Of a stretch of 64,000 bases of DNA, positions 36,476 through 45,741 are shown piece after piece. The stretch spans positions 3,749 to 67,748 of the forward strand of contig JBLIES010000001.1 of assembly GCA_047633135.1 (NCBI GenBank), in the 5' to 3' direction. Source of the stretch: Roseivirga sp. (lineage in GTDB: Bacteria > Bacteroidota > Bacteroidia > Cytophagales > Cyclobacteriaceae). How positions within the stretch are numbered: position 1 is the first letter of the stretch; every line of letters starts with the position of its first letter. The notes under the pieces were generated by a model. It saw only the letters and a program-made list of their open reading frames with translations. It did no database searches and was not told the origin of the DNA. The position numbers were made by a program, and so were the translations under genes.

Positions 36476-37643
36476 ATTTGACCGTATTCCACAAAACAAA
36501 TCCATGTCGGCTTTTGATTCAGATTATAAAATAGGTGTTTTAGGGGGAGGTCAACTTGGCAGAATGATGATTCAGTCTGCAATTGACTTTAACTTTAATG
36601 TGCATGTGCTCGACCCAGATGTCAACGCTCCGTGTAAATCTATCGCTTCCTCGTTTACGCAAGGTTCGTTGACAGATTTTGACACCGTTTACGCTTTCGG
36701 AAAGGACAAAGATATTGTGACCATCGAAATCGAAAACGTTAATACCCAAGCCTTAAAGGCATTGAAGGCGGAAGGTATTGCAGTCTTTCCTCAGCCAGAA
36801 TTGATTGAGTTGATTCAAAATAAGACACTTCAAAAGAGATTCTACAAAGAAAACAACATACCCACAGCGGATTTTATAGAAACTTCGAACAAAGAAGATG
36901 TTGCACAACAAAAATCGTTTATCCCCTTTGTAAACAAACTAGCAACAGGCGGTTATGACGGTAGAGGGGTTCAGATGGTTCGTTCTGAGCAAGATTTAGC
37001 GAAAGCCTTCGATGCACCCGGGTTTGTGGAAAAGCTTATTCCTTTTGAGAAAGAAATTGCCGTAATCGCAGCTCGCAACCTCAAGGGTGAGGTGGAATGC
37101 TATCCCACTGTAGAGATGGTCTTTCATCCTGAACATAACCTCGTTGAATACCTCTTTTCACCTGCTACAATAAGCCCACAGATAGAGGAAAAGGCGCAGG
37201 CAATAGCCAAGAACTTGATCGAAAAGCTTGAGCTTATTGGCCTCTTGGCGATAGAGATGTTTTTAACGAAAGAAGGCGAAATACTCGTGAACGAAATTGC
37301 TCCAAGAACCCACAACAGTGGCCACCAGACTATAGAGGGCAACGAAACTTCTCAATTCGAACAGCATTTAAGGGCTATTCTAAATCTTCCTTTAGGAAGC
37401 ACGAAGATTAAAACACCCGCTGGAATGATTAACCTTTTGGGAGAAGATGGCTTTGAAGGATCCGCGGTGTACGAGGGAATGGAGTCTGTACTCGCACAAG
37501 AGGGCATTCACGTCCATCTTTATGGTAAAAAGATCACTAAGCCATTCCGTAAAATGGGCCACGCTACGGTCACAGCCAAGGATATGACAAGTCTCAGGGA
37601 AAAGATTAACATTGTAAAAACTCAATTAAAAATAAAGGCATGA
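36468..37643 (+). CDS. purK: N5-carboxyaminoimidazole ribonucleotide synthase
   Basis: [30 protein letters not shown] and RKMGH. Start may be 36504. Confidence 0.95.
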   Translation: MIKFDRIPQNKSMSAFDSDYKIGVLGGGQLGRMMIQSAIDFNFNVHVLDPDVNAPCKSIASSFTQGSLTDFDTVYAFGKDKDIVTIEIENVNTQALKALKAEGIAVFPQPELIELIQNKTLQKRFYKENNIPTADFIETSNKEDVAQQKSFIPFVNKLATGGYDGRGVQMVRSEQDLAKAFDAPGFVEKLIPFEKEIAVIAARNLKGEVECYPTVEMVFHPEHNLVEYLFSPATISPQIEEKAQAIAKNLIEKLELIGLLAIEMFLTKEGEILVNEIAPRTHNSGHQTIEGNETSQFEQHLRAILNLPLGSTKIKTPAGMINLLGEDGFEGSAVYEGMESVLAQEGIHVHLYGKKITKPFRKMGHATVTAKDMTSLREKINIVKTQLKIKA

Positions 37644-38143
37644 CAACTCCAATAGTAGGTATAATTATGGGAAGCCAATCTGATTTAAAAATCATGTCAG
37701 AAGCCGCAAATGTTCTCGAAGAGCTAGGCGTTGAATTTGATTTGACGATTGTTTCCGCTCATAGAACCCCTCACCGAATGGTAGAATATGCTGAAGCAGC
37801 CAAGTCAAAGGGACTCAAAGTAATTATAGCGGGTGCCGGTGGTGCTGCACATCTGCCTGGAATGGTGGCTTCTTTAACTACGTTACCTGTGATTGGAGTA
37901 CCCATTAAATCGAGTAACTCCATTGATGGATGGGATTCTGTTTTGTCAATTCTTCAAATGCCAGGTGGTGTTCCTGTGGCTACCGTAGCACTAGATGGTG
38001 CTAAGAATGCAGGGATTTTAGCGGCCCAAATCATAGGCACTTTTGACAATACAGTAGCAGAAAAGCTAATTGATTTTAAAAATAGGCTTCGCGAAAAAGT
38101 TGAATTAAGTATTGATTCCATTAATAAAAATGGATGGAAATAA
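37640..38143 (+). CDS. purE: N5-CAIR mutase
   Basis: [26 protein letters not shown] and SILQMP. Confidence 0.97.
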   Translation: MTTPIVGIIMGSQSDLKIMSEAANVLEELGVEFDLTIVSAHRTPHRMVEYAEAAKSKGLKVIIAGAGGAAHLPGMVASLTTLPVIGVPIKSSNSIDGWDSVLSILQMPGGVPVATVALDGAKNAGILAAQIIGTFDNTVAEKLIDFKNRLREKVELSIDSINKNGWK

Positions 38144-38153
38144 CCTCCCATAG

Positions 38154-38375
38154 CTAAACACCAAACTCGTATTCAGGCTCACTGTTAAATTGGAAATCGA
38201 ACCAATACTCATATTCTGAATATTGAATACAATCTTTGTGAATTGAATTATCAGAAAACAAGTTGATAAAACTAGTTTGTGGTAACCACTCCCTCAACTT
38301 TAAGGCTTGGTCAAAAGGCAGTTTAGAAATTTGTACATAACCTGTACCGAATTCTATATGGGGAGATGCTTTCAT
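38154..38375 (-). CDS. Small hypothetical protein (73 aa)
   Basis: Non-overlapping ORF convergent with purE; globular-looking composition (YVQISKLPFDQ, IQYSEYEYWF). Confidence 0.55.
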   Translation of the reverse strand: MKASPHIEFGTGYVQISKLPFDQALKLREWLPQTSFINLFSDNSIHKDCIQYSEYEYWFDFQFNSEPEYEFGV

Positions 38376-38431
38376 TTACAATACGAAATTACGATTTCAA
38401 TGTGTCTTCTAGGTAATTCATTATTTATCAG

Positions 38432-38473
38432 ATTGTTAAGTCTAGCGATCGAATGCTTAGGAATTGTTAAGTC
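38432..38473. repeat. 11-bp direct repeat ATTGTTAAGTC x2
   Basis: Exact copies at 38432-38442 and 38463-38473 (period 31 bp) in a 289-bp intergenic region. Confidence 0.6.
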
Positions 38474-38663
38474 CAATTATATCAACGGTCACCATAAGTA
38501 AGATGTATGCGAAGCGAGAAATGTTACGCCCCCATCATGATTTAATATGACTAAGAAATTATAGAGGGTAATCAATTCTACTCATCGAGCGCAAAAAACT
38601 TCGCCCAATACAATTTTAGGCGAGTTACTCAATATTGAAACCAAAAATATTTGAGTCTATATT

Positions 38664-41600
38664 CTAATTGCCTTTCTTCTTCTTTTTAAGAAGTCCTTTC
38701 AATACGCCTTCCGCTTTTTTCTTAGCCTCCTCTAAACTCTTATCTACACTGTCTTTGTTGACCCCCATTTTCGTAGCCAAATTAGTAGCAATACTGTCTT
38801 TCTGAGATTTTAATAAAGAGTCGGCTTGCGCCTTCAGCACCACCTTTTTTGCATCAATCACCGTATTTGCAGAATCTTTAGCTTGGTTTACCTTAGCTTC
38901 TGCCTGTTGCTTTACCACCCCTTTCTTCTCTTCTACCTTTGTCTTTACAGAGGCCGCCACAGCACTTTTAACACTCGTGCCATCACCAGCACCAACACCA
39001 ACACCTCTAAGACCAAACTCAGGGATGCCATAAGTGCCTCCAACTCCAATGTTTAATCTTATTGTATTACCAGCCAAGGCAGATGTACCCGTTACCTGTG
39101 ATAATAAACCATTTAGCTGTGTTCCTATCTGCCCTGAAGGTACATCCATCCCCAAAGTATAATCGATTGATCCATCAACTCCAGTACTCCCAGCAATAGT
39201 CGTTTTGTAGTCTCCTAAGTTTACATCGAATGGTTTTATGAATAAACGACCGTCCCTAATTTCCGCAGACATCTTCACTTTTTCCAAAGTAGAAGTCGAA
39301 AGCTTAGAGAGCTTAGTCAACGAAGTTAAACCGGTGACAAATTTTGAGTCTTGGTCTAGACTGGCCTGCAGGATTTGAATTAAGCCACCGCCTGTCAGTG
39401 TCGTATAATCAGGCATCATATCCGCACCAAGCGCTCCAGCCATCGAGAAATCTGTAGACATCAACCCACTCATTTTCTCAGCCAGAGGTGCCAGTTTTTG
39501 AATCATGTCAATACTTTGAAAAGAGGCTGGTATTGAAATTTCTTGCACCTTAAACCCAAAGTCAAAAAGTGGTTTTTGAGGCTTGCTGTCATAGGACCCC
39601 TTTAAGCCCACTGTACCCTTGAGCGTTTTCATTGTGGTATTCTCTAAACTTACCTTACCCTCATTAACTGTCAAGGCACTTTTAACTTCTTTTAGTTCAA
39701 GCTTATCATACATCACCTTTCCAACCGAGGCATTCATATCGAAAAGAACGTTTTTCGGAATTCTTAGCACCTGCAACGGCTCGCCTGTTTCATCAACAAC
39801 ATCTTCGTCTGATGTGGTCATCCATTCATTAACATTCAACACATCTGCCGAAGCCTTAAGGTTTCCCTTGAGTACCTCGTTGTTTAAGGCAAAGCCCATG
39901 TAGTTTTCTATCTTTCCTGTCGCGCGGAAGTTAGTCTCCCCTGCTGAACCTTTCATTTCTATTAGGTTGATGTCTTTCTTATCGAATGATGAATTGGCCA
40001 AAATAATCTTAAAGGTTTTACCCATTTCGGCATCGGTGTAAACCAAGTTTTGTACTTGCATTACTCCTTTTGTGTCCAAATTCTGATATCTACCTGCCTC
40101 AACATCACTCATCTTACCCTTAGACTGTAGATCAGCAACGATAACACCCGAGACATCAATACCTTCCATTGGATAGAGTTTTAAAAGCTTTGCCAAATCT
40201 AAAGTACCTTTTGCCGTGGCATCCCACTGAAAGTTATCTGGATTCTCTAAATCCAATGTGGCCTGAAAGGGCTGGCCATCTAGTATGAAATCCATGTGAG
40301 TCACACTAATTTTAGTGTCATCGATATTTCCCGTTGAATTTAAAATTGCCGCAGTAACATTGATACTTTCTAAAGGTGTTGGTAACTCGGCCGATTGAAT
40401 TTTACCGTTCACCAGGCCCAACTTAATATTCAGCTGAGGAATGATAGACCTAAGACTATCATACTTACCATTGGCCGTTGCGTCTATGGATAATAGGCCC
40501 TCTAGATTCAGGCCTTCCATAGGAATCATTGCATTAATATCTGCTAAATTCAGGGTTCCATGCATATCTGCGACAATTGGGTAGTCTTTCAGGTTAGCTA
40601 CTTTCAGCTTAGCAAAGAATGGATTTTTACCGAAATCCACGTTGAATTTTTTAAGGTCAATCATCGTATTTTCAATGACACCTGTTCTATTATCTATACT
40701 AAGATCCACAACTATATTTTGGATAGACTGAGGCAAATCAGGATACTGAACAGCGCCTTGGTCTACGTTTAGATTGAAGCCAAAGGCCGGCATTTCATTG
40801 TCTGAATACGTCCCGTTAACTCTACCAGCAAAGGCAACATTACCGGTAGCACTCACATCAGCAAAGCTCTCTGTATATGCGCCAGGAATTAGCGAGAATA
40901 TTTTTTTGAAGTCTGAAGAAGGCGAACTGAATGATAGATCCATTCCATAAGAATCATCAAGCATGGTAAAAAAACCATTTACGGATAACGGAAATTCATT
41001 GATCAGAAACTCATTTTCTTTGAAGGTATATTTTGAGTTCGGTAAGTCCATACTTAAAATCATAGCTACGGTTACAGATTTATTGGTAACATATTCAGTT
41101 CCTTCATAAGTGACTGTTGCTTGATCCACTTTGCCATTCGCCACCAGATCAAAAATGTCTGAGGCAAAATCGCCCTTTCCAGCTACGTTGATGCCATTAA
41201 GTTGCGTAAAGACTTTTACAGATTGATCATAATAGATAAAACCTCCGTTGGTCACAGCGAAAGAATTGAGCGCGAAACTTAATGAGCCTTCTTCTGAATT
41301 TTCGTTTTCTACAGGTCCTGCTGAGGCCTTACCGATATCGTAATTCGCTGTCCCGTCTTCTAAAACAATGACAGTGATGTCTGGAGAGTCTAGGCTGACT
41401 CCTTTAATGCTCATTTTTTCTTTAAAGAGTACATCGCTTAGATTGACTCTTGCCTCAAGGTTCTTAACATTAACGAGGGTATCCCCCTCAAATACTCCTT
41501 TCCCAAGTATGCCAAAATCCCCCATGCTCACCGTAAAATCAGGGAAGTTGCTGATTAGAGATAAACCAAAATTATCGACATCAAAAAATAGAGTGGCTTC

Positions 41601-41726
41601 AGTATTTTTATCAAATTCAGTAATGATTAAGTCTTGAATTTTTTGCTTGAAAAAAATAGGAATCAGTAACAATGCCAAGAAGAGCACTGCAATGAAGCCA
41701 AAGAGCATTTTGAAAAATCGTTTCAT
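38664..41726 (-). CDS. AsmA-family protein
   Basis: N-terminal TM anchor, long beta-rich repeats, AsmA-like C-terminus (IKPFDVNL..GSTGVDGSIDY), Lys/Ala-rich tail. Confidence 0.85.
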   Translation of the reverse strand: MKRFFKMLFGFIAVLFLALLLIPIFFKQKIQDLIITEFDKNTEATLFFDVDNFGLSLISNFPDFTVSMGDFGILGKGVFEGDTLVNVKNLEARVNLSDVLFKEKMSIKGVSLDSPDITVIVLEDGTANYDIGKASAGPVENENSEEGSLSFALNSFAVTNGGFIYYDQSVKVFTQLNGINVAGKGDFASDIFDLVANGKVDQATVTYEGTEYVTNKSVTVAMILSMDLPNSKYTFKENEFLINEFPLSVNGFFTMLDDSYGMDLSFSSPSSDFKKIFSLIPGAYTESFADVSATGNVAFAGRVNGTYSDNEMPAFGFNLNVDQGAVQYPDLPQSIQNIVVDLSIDNRTGVIENTMIDLKKFNVDFGKNPFFAKLKVANLKDYPIVADMHGTLNLADINAMIPMEGLNLEGLLSIDATANGKYDSLRSIIPQLNIKLGLVNGKIQSAELPTPLESINVTAAILNSTGNIDDTKISVTHMDFILDGQPFQATLDLENPDNFQWDATAKGTLDLAKLLKLYPMEGIDVSGVIVADLQSKGKMSDVEAGRYQNLDTKGVMQVQNLVYTDAEMGKTFKIILANSSFDKKDINLIEMKGSAGETNFRATGKIENYMGFALNNEVLKGNLKASADVLNVNEWMTTSDEDVVDETGEPLQVLRIPKNVLFDMNASVGKVMYDKLELKEVKSALTVNEGKVSLENTTMKTLKGTVGLKGSYDSKPQKPLFDFGFKVQEISIPASFQSIDMIQKLAPLAEKMSGLMSTDFSMAGALGADMMPDYTTLTGGGLIQILQASLDQDSKFVTGLTSLTKLSKLSTSTLEKVKMSAEIRDGRLFIKPFDVNLGDYKTTIAGSTGVDGSIDYTLGMDVPSGQIGTQLNGLLSQVTGTSALAGNTIRLNIGVGGTYGIPEFGLRGVGVGAGDGTSVKSAVAASVKTKVEEKKGVVKQQAEAKVNQAKDSANTVIDAKKVVLKAQADSLLKSQKDSIATNLATKMGVNKDSVDKSLEEAKKKAEGVLKGLLKKKKKGN

Positions 41727-41812
41727 AACAATGGAAATTTTATACGAAGTACCGAAATAATTTACTCTTAAGACAACGAGAGAACAAATTATAAGATTTA
41801 TAAATCCCTCCT

Positions 41813-42352
41813 TTAAGATTTAATCTTTCTTATTTTTTTGGGACCATACCATAGATAGAAGCCAGTAAATAATAAAATGATGAGGCCGAAACCTAGAAAA
41901 TTCATAGAGACAAGCTTAAAAAAATCAGAGATAATACTGCCATCATGAATTTGCTCAATCCAGTCTGAATTACGCTTTGCCACTGAAAGCACTTGGAGGT
42001 TTGTAGCATCTACTTGAACTTCCCAACTGCCTGTATCGAATATTACTTTTGCTATACCTTTTGTTGGTCGGTATTCAATTCTATCAAGATTCGAAGCTGT
42101 TAAACCTAAAGAGTCTACTGCCAACAAAGCTGTGGCTGATAAATCTTGCACTGGCTTCCATTCATTCAAGTCTAAACTCTGACCCTTCTCTGTTACCGGT
42201 TGAAGAATACTCACATTTTTTTTCCACCCCAATAAAATCCCAGTAATGGCACTAATCAATAAAAGTAAGGCAAGCGTCAAGCCTGCATACCGATGTATTT
42301 TTCGATAGTTTCTAATTGATTTAGCAATTTCTTGAGAAGGTTTCTTTGCCAT
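41813..42352 (-). CDS. PepSY-associated TM helix protein
   Basis: RKIHRYAG..ITGILL; WIEQIHDG..TGFYLW. Confidence 0.85.
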   Translation of the reverse strand: MAKKPSQEIAKSIRNYRKIHRYAGLTLALLLLISAITGILLGWKKNVSILQPVTEKGQSLDLNEWKPVQDLSATALLAVDSLGLTASNLDRIEYRPTKGIAKVIFDTGSWEVQVDATNLQVLSVAKRNSDWIEQIHDGSIISDFFKLVSMNFLGFGLIILLFTGFYLWYGPKKIRKIKS

Positions 42353-42477
42353 ATGATGCTTAACGAATAAGCGAAGAAGTGGATTTTAAGCCGTATTCAC
42401 AATAGTTTTCAGCACAAACGGTCTAACAATAGACAGGGGGGCAGAAGACTTTCTCAAATGAACTCAAAATAAATTAA

Positions 42478-42531
42478 ATGTTAATTTACTTGTTCTTATG
42501 TTACGCTAATGTTACCTTAATGTTAATGTTG
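42478..42531 (+). promoter_or_regulatory. Phased ATGTTA repeat array
   Basis: ATGTTA at 42478, 42498, 42509 and 42520 (spacing 20, 11, 11), overlapping a -7-like TAATGTTG. Confidence 0.6.
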
Positions 42532-42563
42532 GATCGAAGACTCAAGCTAATCCACCTTCACCT

Positions 42564-43424
42564 ATGATAAAAAGAGGAAACATATGGCTATTAATACTTT
42601 TTGGATTTGTCCAAAATAGCCTATTTTCTCAAGTCATCGATCAGAAAGCAACGCGATTAGAGAGTACACTTCGAAAGGTTGAGTTATTCATAAACCAAGA
42701 AGACTCTTTAGACCGAAATGAAATCATTGACAGTTTTACTTCAATGATTGACCGCTTAGAGGCGACAAGACTCAAAGAGCCTAACGATCATTCCTTTCTC
42801 AGCAAAATATTCTTCAAGACGCACAGAAAAAGGTTAAATAGATACAGTCTATATTCAGACTTTGGCGACACAATGCTTAGCGGCAAATACGGTTGCCTCT
42901 CCGGCACTATTACCTATGCGCTCATTCTTACCCATTTCGGTTATAAGAACGAAGCTGTTGAACTTTCCAATCATGTTTACCTTAAGGTTTATTACGGCAA
43001 CACGAGTATTCTTTTAGAGTCAACACTAGCTTCTAGCGGGTTTTTATACCGAAATCAAGACATAAATGATGCGCTCGAAAGGTACACTAAGGGAAATTCT
43101 AGTGGAGAAATGGTAGCGATTGCCAGTGGTAATAATGGCGTGCCAAATTCGAAAATTCAGAACACCATTGGTTTAACAGAATTAGCAGGCTTACAGCGAT
43201 ATAATAGAGCAATAGAAAATCATAAAAACTTAAAGCTTATTTCTTCGTTAAATTATGCTATTGAGGCAGACCAGTTTTATCCCTCACTTAGAATGAAATA
43301 TCTTATGCAGTTAGTTATTAATGAAATATTATTTAGTGAGGAGTTAAGTAAGAAAGCAAAGCAGAGTGCCTTAAATCATTACATCTCTCATGTCCGTGAG
43401 AATAAAATCAGTCAAACCAAGTAA
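42564..43424 (+). CDS. Exported transglutaminase-like/papain-fold protein with TPR-like tail
   Basis: Signal peptide; GKYGCLSGT (Cys), NHVYL (His) and LLEST (Glu) in transglutaminase-core order. Confidence 0.6.
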   Translation: MIKRGNIWLLILFGFVQNSLFSQVIDQKATRLESTLRKVELFINQEDSLDRNEIIDSFTSMIDRLEATRLKEPNDHSFLSKIFFKTHRKRLNRYSLYSDFGDTMLSGKYGCLSGTITYALILTHFGYKNEAVELSNHVYLKVYYGNTSILLESTLASSGFLYRNQDINDALERYTKGNSSGEMVAIASGNNGVPNSKIQNTIGLTELAGLQRYNRAIENHKNLKLISSLNYAIEADQFYPSLRMKYLMQLVINEILFSEELSKKAKQSALNHYISHVRENKISQTK

Positions 43425-45647
43425 TTACATACTCAATATCTTGAATTCAACTCTTCTGTTGATCGCTCTCCCAACTCGGGTTCTATTGGTGGTCAATGGC
43501 CTGGTTTCACCGTACGAAACGAACTTCAGTCTATCTTCTTTTATCCCTAAAGTGGCCAACGCCTCACGAACGGACTTTACTCTCCTTTGAGATAAGTCTA
43601 CATTATAGTCTAGTGTTCCATAACTGTCAGTATGGCCTCCTAGCTCTACCACCGCTGTGGGGTAGTCGTTCATAAACTTAGCAAGGTTTCTTATCTCTGT
43701 CCATGACCTAGGTTTCAGTAGGTCTAAATCAAAGTCGAAAAATACATTCCTTATGATAAAACTAGCACCCGGTGCCGCTTTTACAATCTGAGCATTTAAA
43801 TTTATGATTGGCGCCTGAACGCCACTTACTATTGCATTTGAATAGATCTCTGGCTGACCTAATTCTCTTCTTTGAGCATTAAGTATCGCAAAAGTATCAC
43901 GTTTAATCTCTGGTAATTTCAAGTCTAAACTTACTGCTCGAAGAATATCATTCGGTACACTAATCGGTACACCAGTGGCCAAATCCGCACTATCCAAATC
44001 AAGCTTGTCGAGCGTTACCGCATAAACATTGATCTCTGAAATATCTAATAAATCTATCGTAGAGCCTACAGGAATAAAGCCCGGTATTTCTGCTCGATAA
44101 CTATATATCTCATCTGCTGGCAATTCAATACAATAGTTACCCGCTACGTCTGTTCTTACGCGCCCCACTTCAACACCATCACGGAGTCTGGCGAAAACAA
44201 CTTCCGCGTCTAGTGGTTCTTGCGTTTCTGGGTCAATAATTTTACCACAGAGCGTTACCAGCCTTAGTTGCTTAGTAACCAAAGGTAAGGTCAAAGAATG
44301 TATATCTAAGTCATTCCCCTCCACATCTCTACAGAAATAAGCATAAGAACCATCCTGAGGAATAAACAAGAAGGCATCATCAACCTCTGAATTAATTACA
44401 GGCCCCAAGTTTTCAGGTTCCGTCCAACTGGTCCACGAGTTATCAAGCCTTCTGGTAACGAAAATATCTTTTTTACCATAGCCGCTATGTCCTTCGGAAG
44501 TGAAGAAAAGTGTTTTCTTATCGGGTAAAAGAAATGGTGCCTCTTCTTCACCAGCAGAATTAATTACTGGTCCCATGTGCAATGGCTCAGTCCACAAGCC
44601 ATCCTTCTGTAAAAAGCTCACATATAAATCTCGAACCCCCTCTGTTCCCCTTCCCTCTTCTGAAATTATTAATACCTCACTATCAGGCGTCAACCAGAAG
44701 TTTACATTTCGATGAACGTTAACATCATTAAAAATCTTAAGGTTTTCAGGTTTAGTCCATGTGGTATCTGATGTTCGAAGGCTTTTAGACAAGCCATAGT
44801 TCATTCCGCCAGGGAGGTACTCATTTCCTAAAATAATCAGTTCTTCGTCCTCTTGCAAAAACGAGCTTATAAAGTTGGGGTCAGTATTATTTAATACATC
44901 CCCGATATTTTTTGCTTGCCCCCAATCGTTGGTCTTAGGGTCATAATCAGCATACCATATATCTTCAAGGTCTTCTTCACCACCAACATTTTCTGGATGG
45001 CCTCTTCTGCTGTAGTAAAGTGTATTCTTATCACGAGTCATTAATGGTCCAATCTCACGACTCGTACTATTGACCAAGTCATTTAATCTGTACACTACCA
45101 ATTTAGTATTAATATTAGGCATTAAGTTGATTGTAGCATCAATAGGTTCTCTAGAGTTCGATACACCTATACAATCTATTGCTACATATCCATCGACTGA
45201 GCTTCCGTCAATCACTAACTTGATCGCTTTGACGTTATAGGCTGTTCGATCGAAAAAAATCCGAAACATCCTAAAAGGCTGTACAATTGGCCCTGGTTTT
45301 TTTGTATACACAGAATATTCCTTGTCATCTTCATCGTAGAAAAAAATTTCTCTAATCGCTCCGGGATTAAAGGTTTCACCAATAGCCAGTTGCTCAATAG
45401 GCATTGCTATGTCGAACTGTACTTTTAAGAAATCGATAGTATTTGGATTGAATGGCGACCAAGCACTAGGGTTATCTCCACCAGCGGGTAAAATATTAGG
45501 GTGACCTAACGCTTGTCTAGCAGATCCCTGCAGTTCTGATAACTCTGAAGAATAATCCATTACCCTTGAAGCCCACTGCACAGTATTTTGGGCAGAAATA
45601 ACAAAAGAAAAAGACACCCATAAAAGAGCACACACTGTAAACCTCAT
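43425..45647 (-). CDS. OmpA-family protein with PD40 repeats (PorE-like layout)
   Basis: PD40 repeats (DIWY, DLYVS, APFL..DKKTLFFTS), carboxypeptidase-regulatory-like domain, OmpA_C GHTD..LSQRR..NRRVEF. Confidence 0.88.
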   Translation of the reverse strand: MRFTVCALLWVSFSFVISAQNTVQWASRVMDYSSELSELQGSARQALGHPNILPAGGDNPSAWSPFNPNTIDFLKVQFDIAMPIEQLAIGETFNPGAIREIFFYDEDDKEYSVYTKKPGPIVQPFRMFRIFFDRTAYNVKAIKLVIDGSSVDGYVAIDCIGVSNSREPIDATINLMPNINTKLVVYRLNDLVNSTSREIGPLMTRDKNTLYYSRRGHPENVGGEEDLEDIWYADYDPKTNDWGQAKNIGDVLNNTDPNFISSFLQEDEELIILGNEYLPGGMNYGLSKSLRTSDTTWTKPENLKIFNDVNVHRNVNFWLTPDSEVLIISEEGRGTEGVRDLYVSFLQKDGLWTEPLHMGPVINSAGEEEAPFLLPDKKTLFFTSEGHSGYGKKDIFVTRRLDNSWTSWTEPENLGPVINSEVDDAFLFIPQDGSYAYFCRDVEGNDLDIHSLTLPLVTKQLRLVTLCGKIIDPETQEPLDAEVVFARLRDGVEVGRVRTDVAGNYCIELPADEIYSYRAEIPGFIPVGSTIDLLDISEINVYAVTLDKLDLDSADLATGVPISVPNDILRAVSLDLKLPEIKRDTFAILNAQRRELGQPEIYSNAIVSGVQAPIINLNAQIVKAAPGASFIIRNVFFDFDLDLLKPRSWTEIRNLAKFMNDYPTAVVELGGHTDSYGTLDYNVDLSQRRVKSVREALATLGIKEDRLKFVSYGETRPLTTNRTRVGRAINRRVEFKILSM

Positions 45648-45741
45648 ATGGCAGAGAATCGAAACGAAATTGTTGACTATTATTAAAAATCAAATATAGT
45701 AAGGAATAATAAGGGATACAGGCCAAAAACCAACTGCTTTA

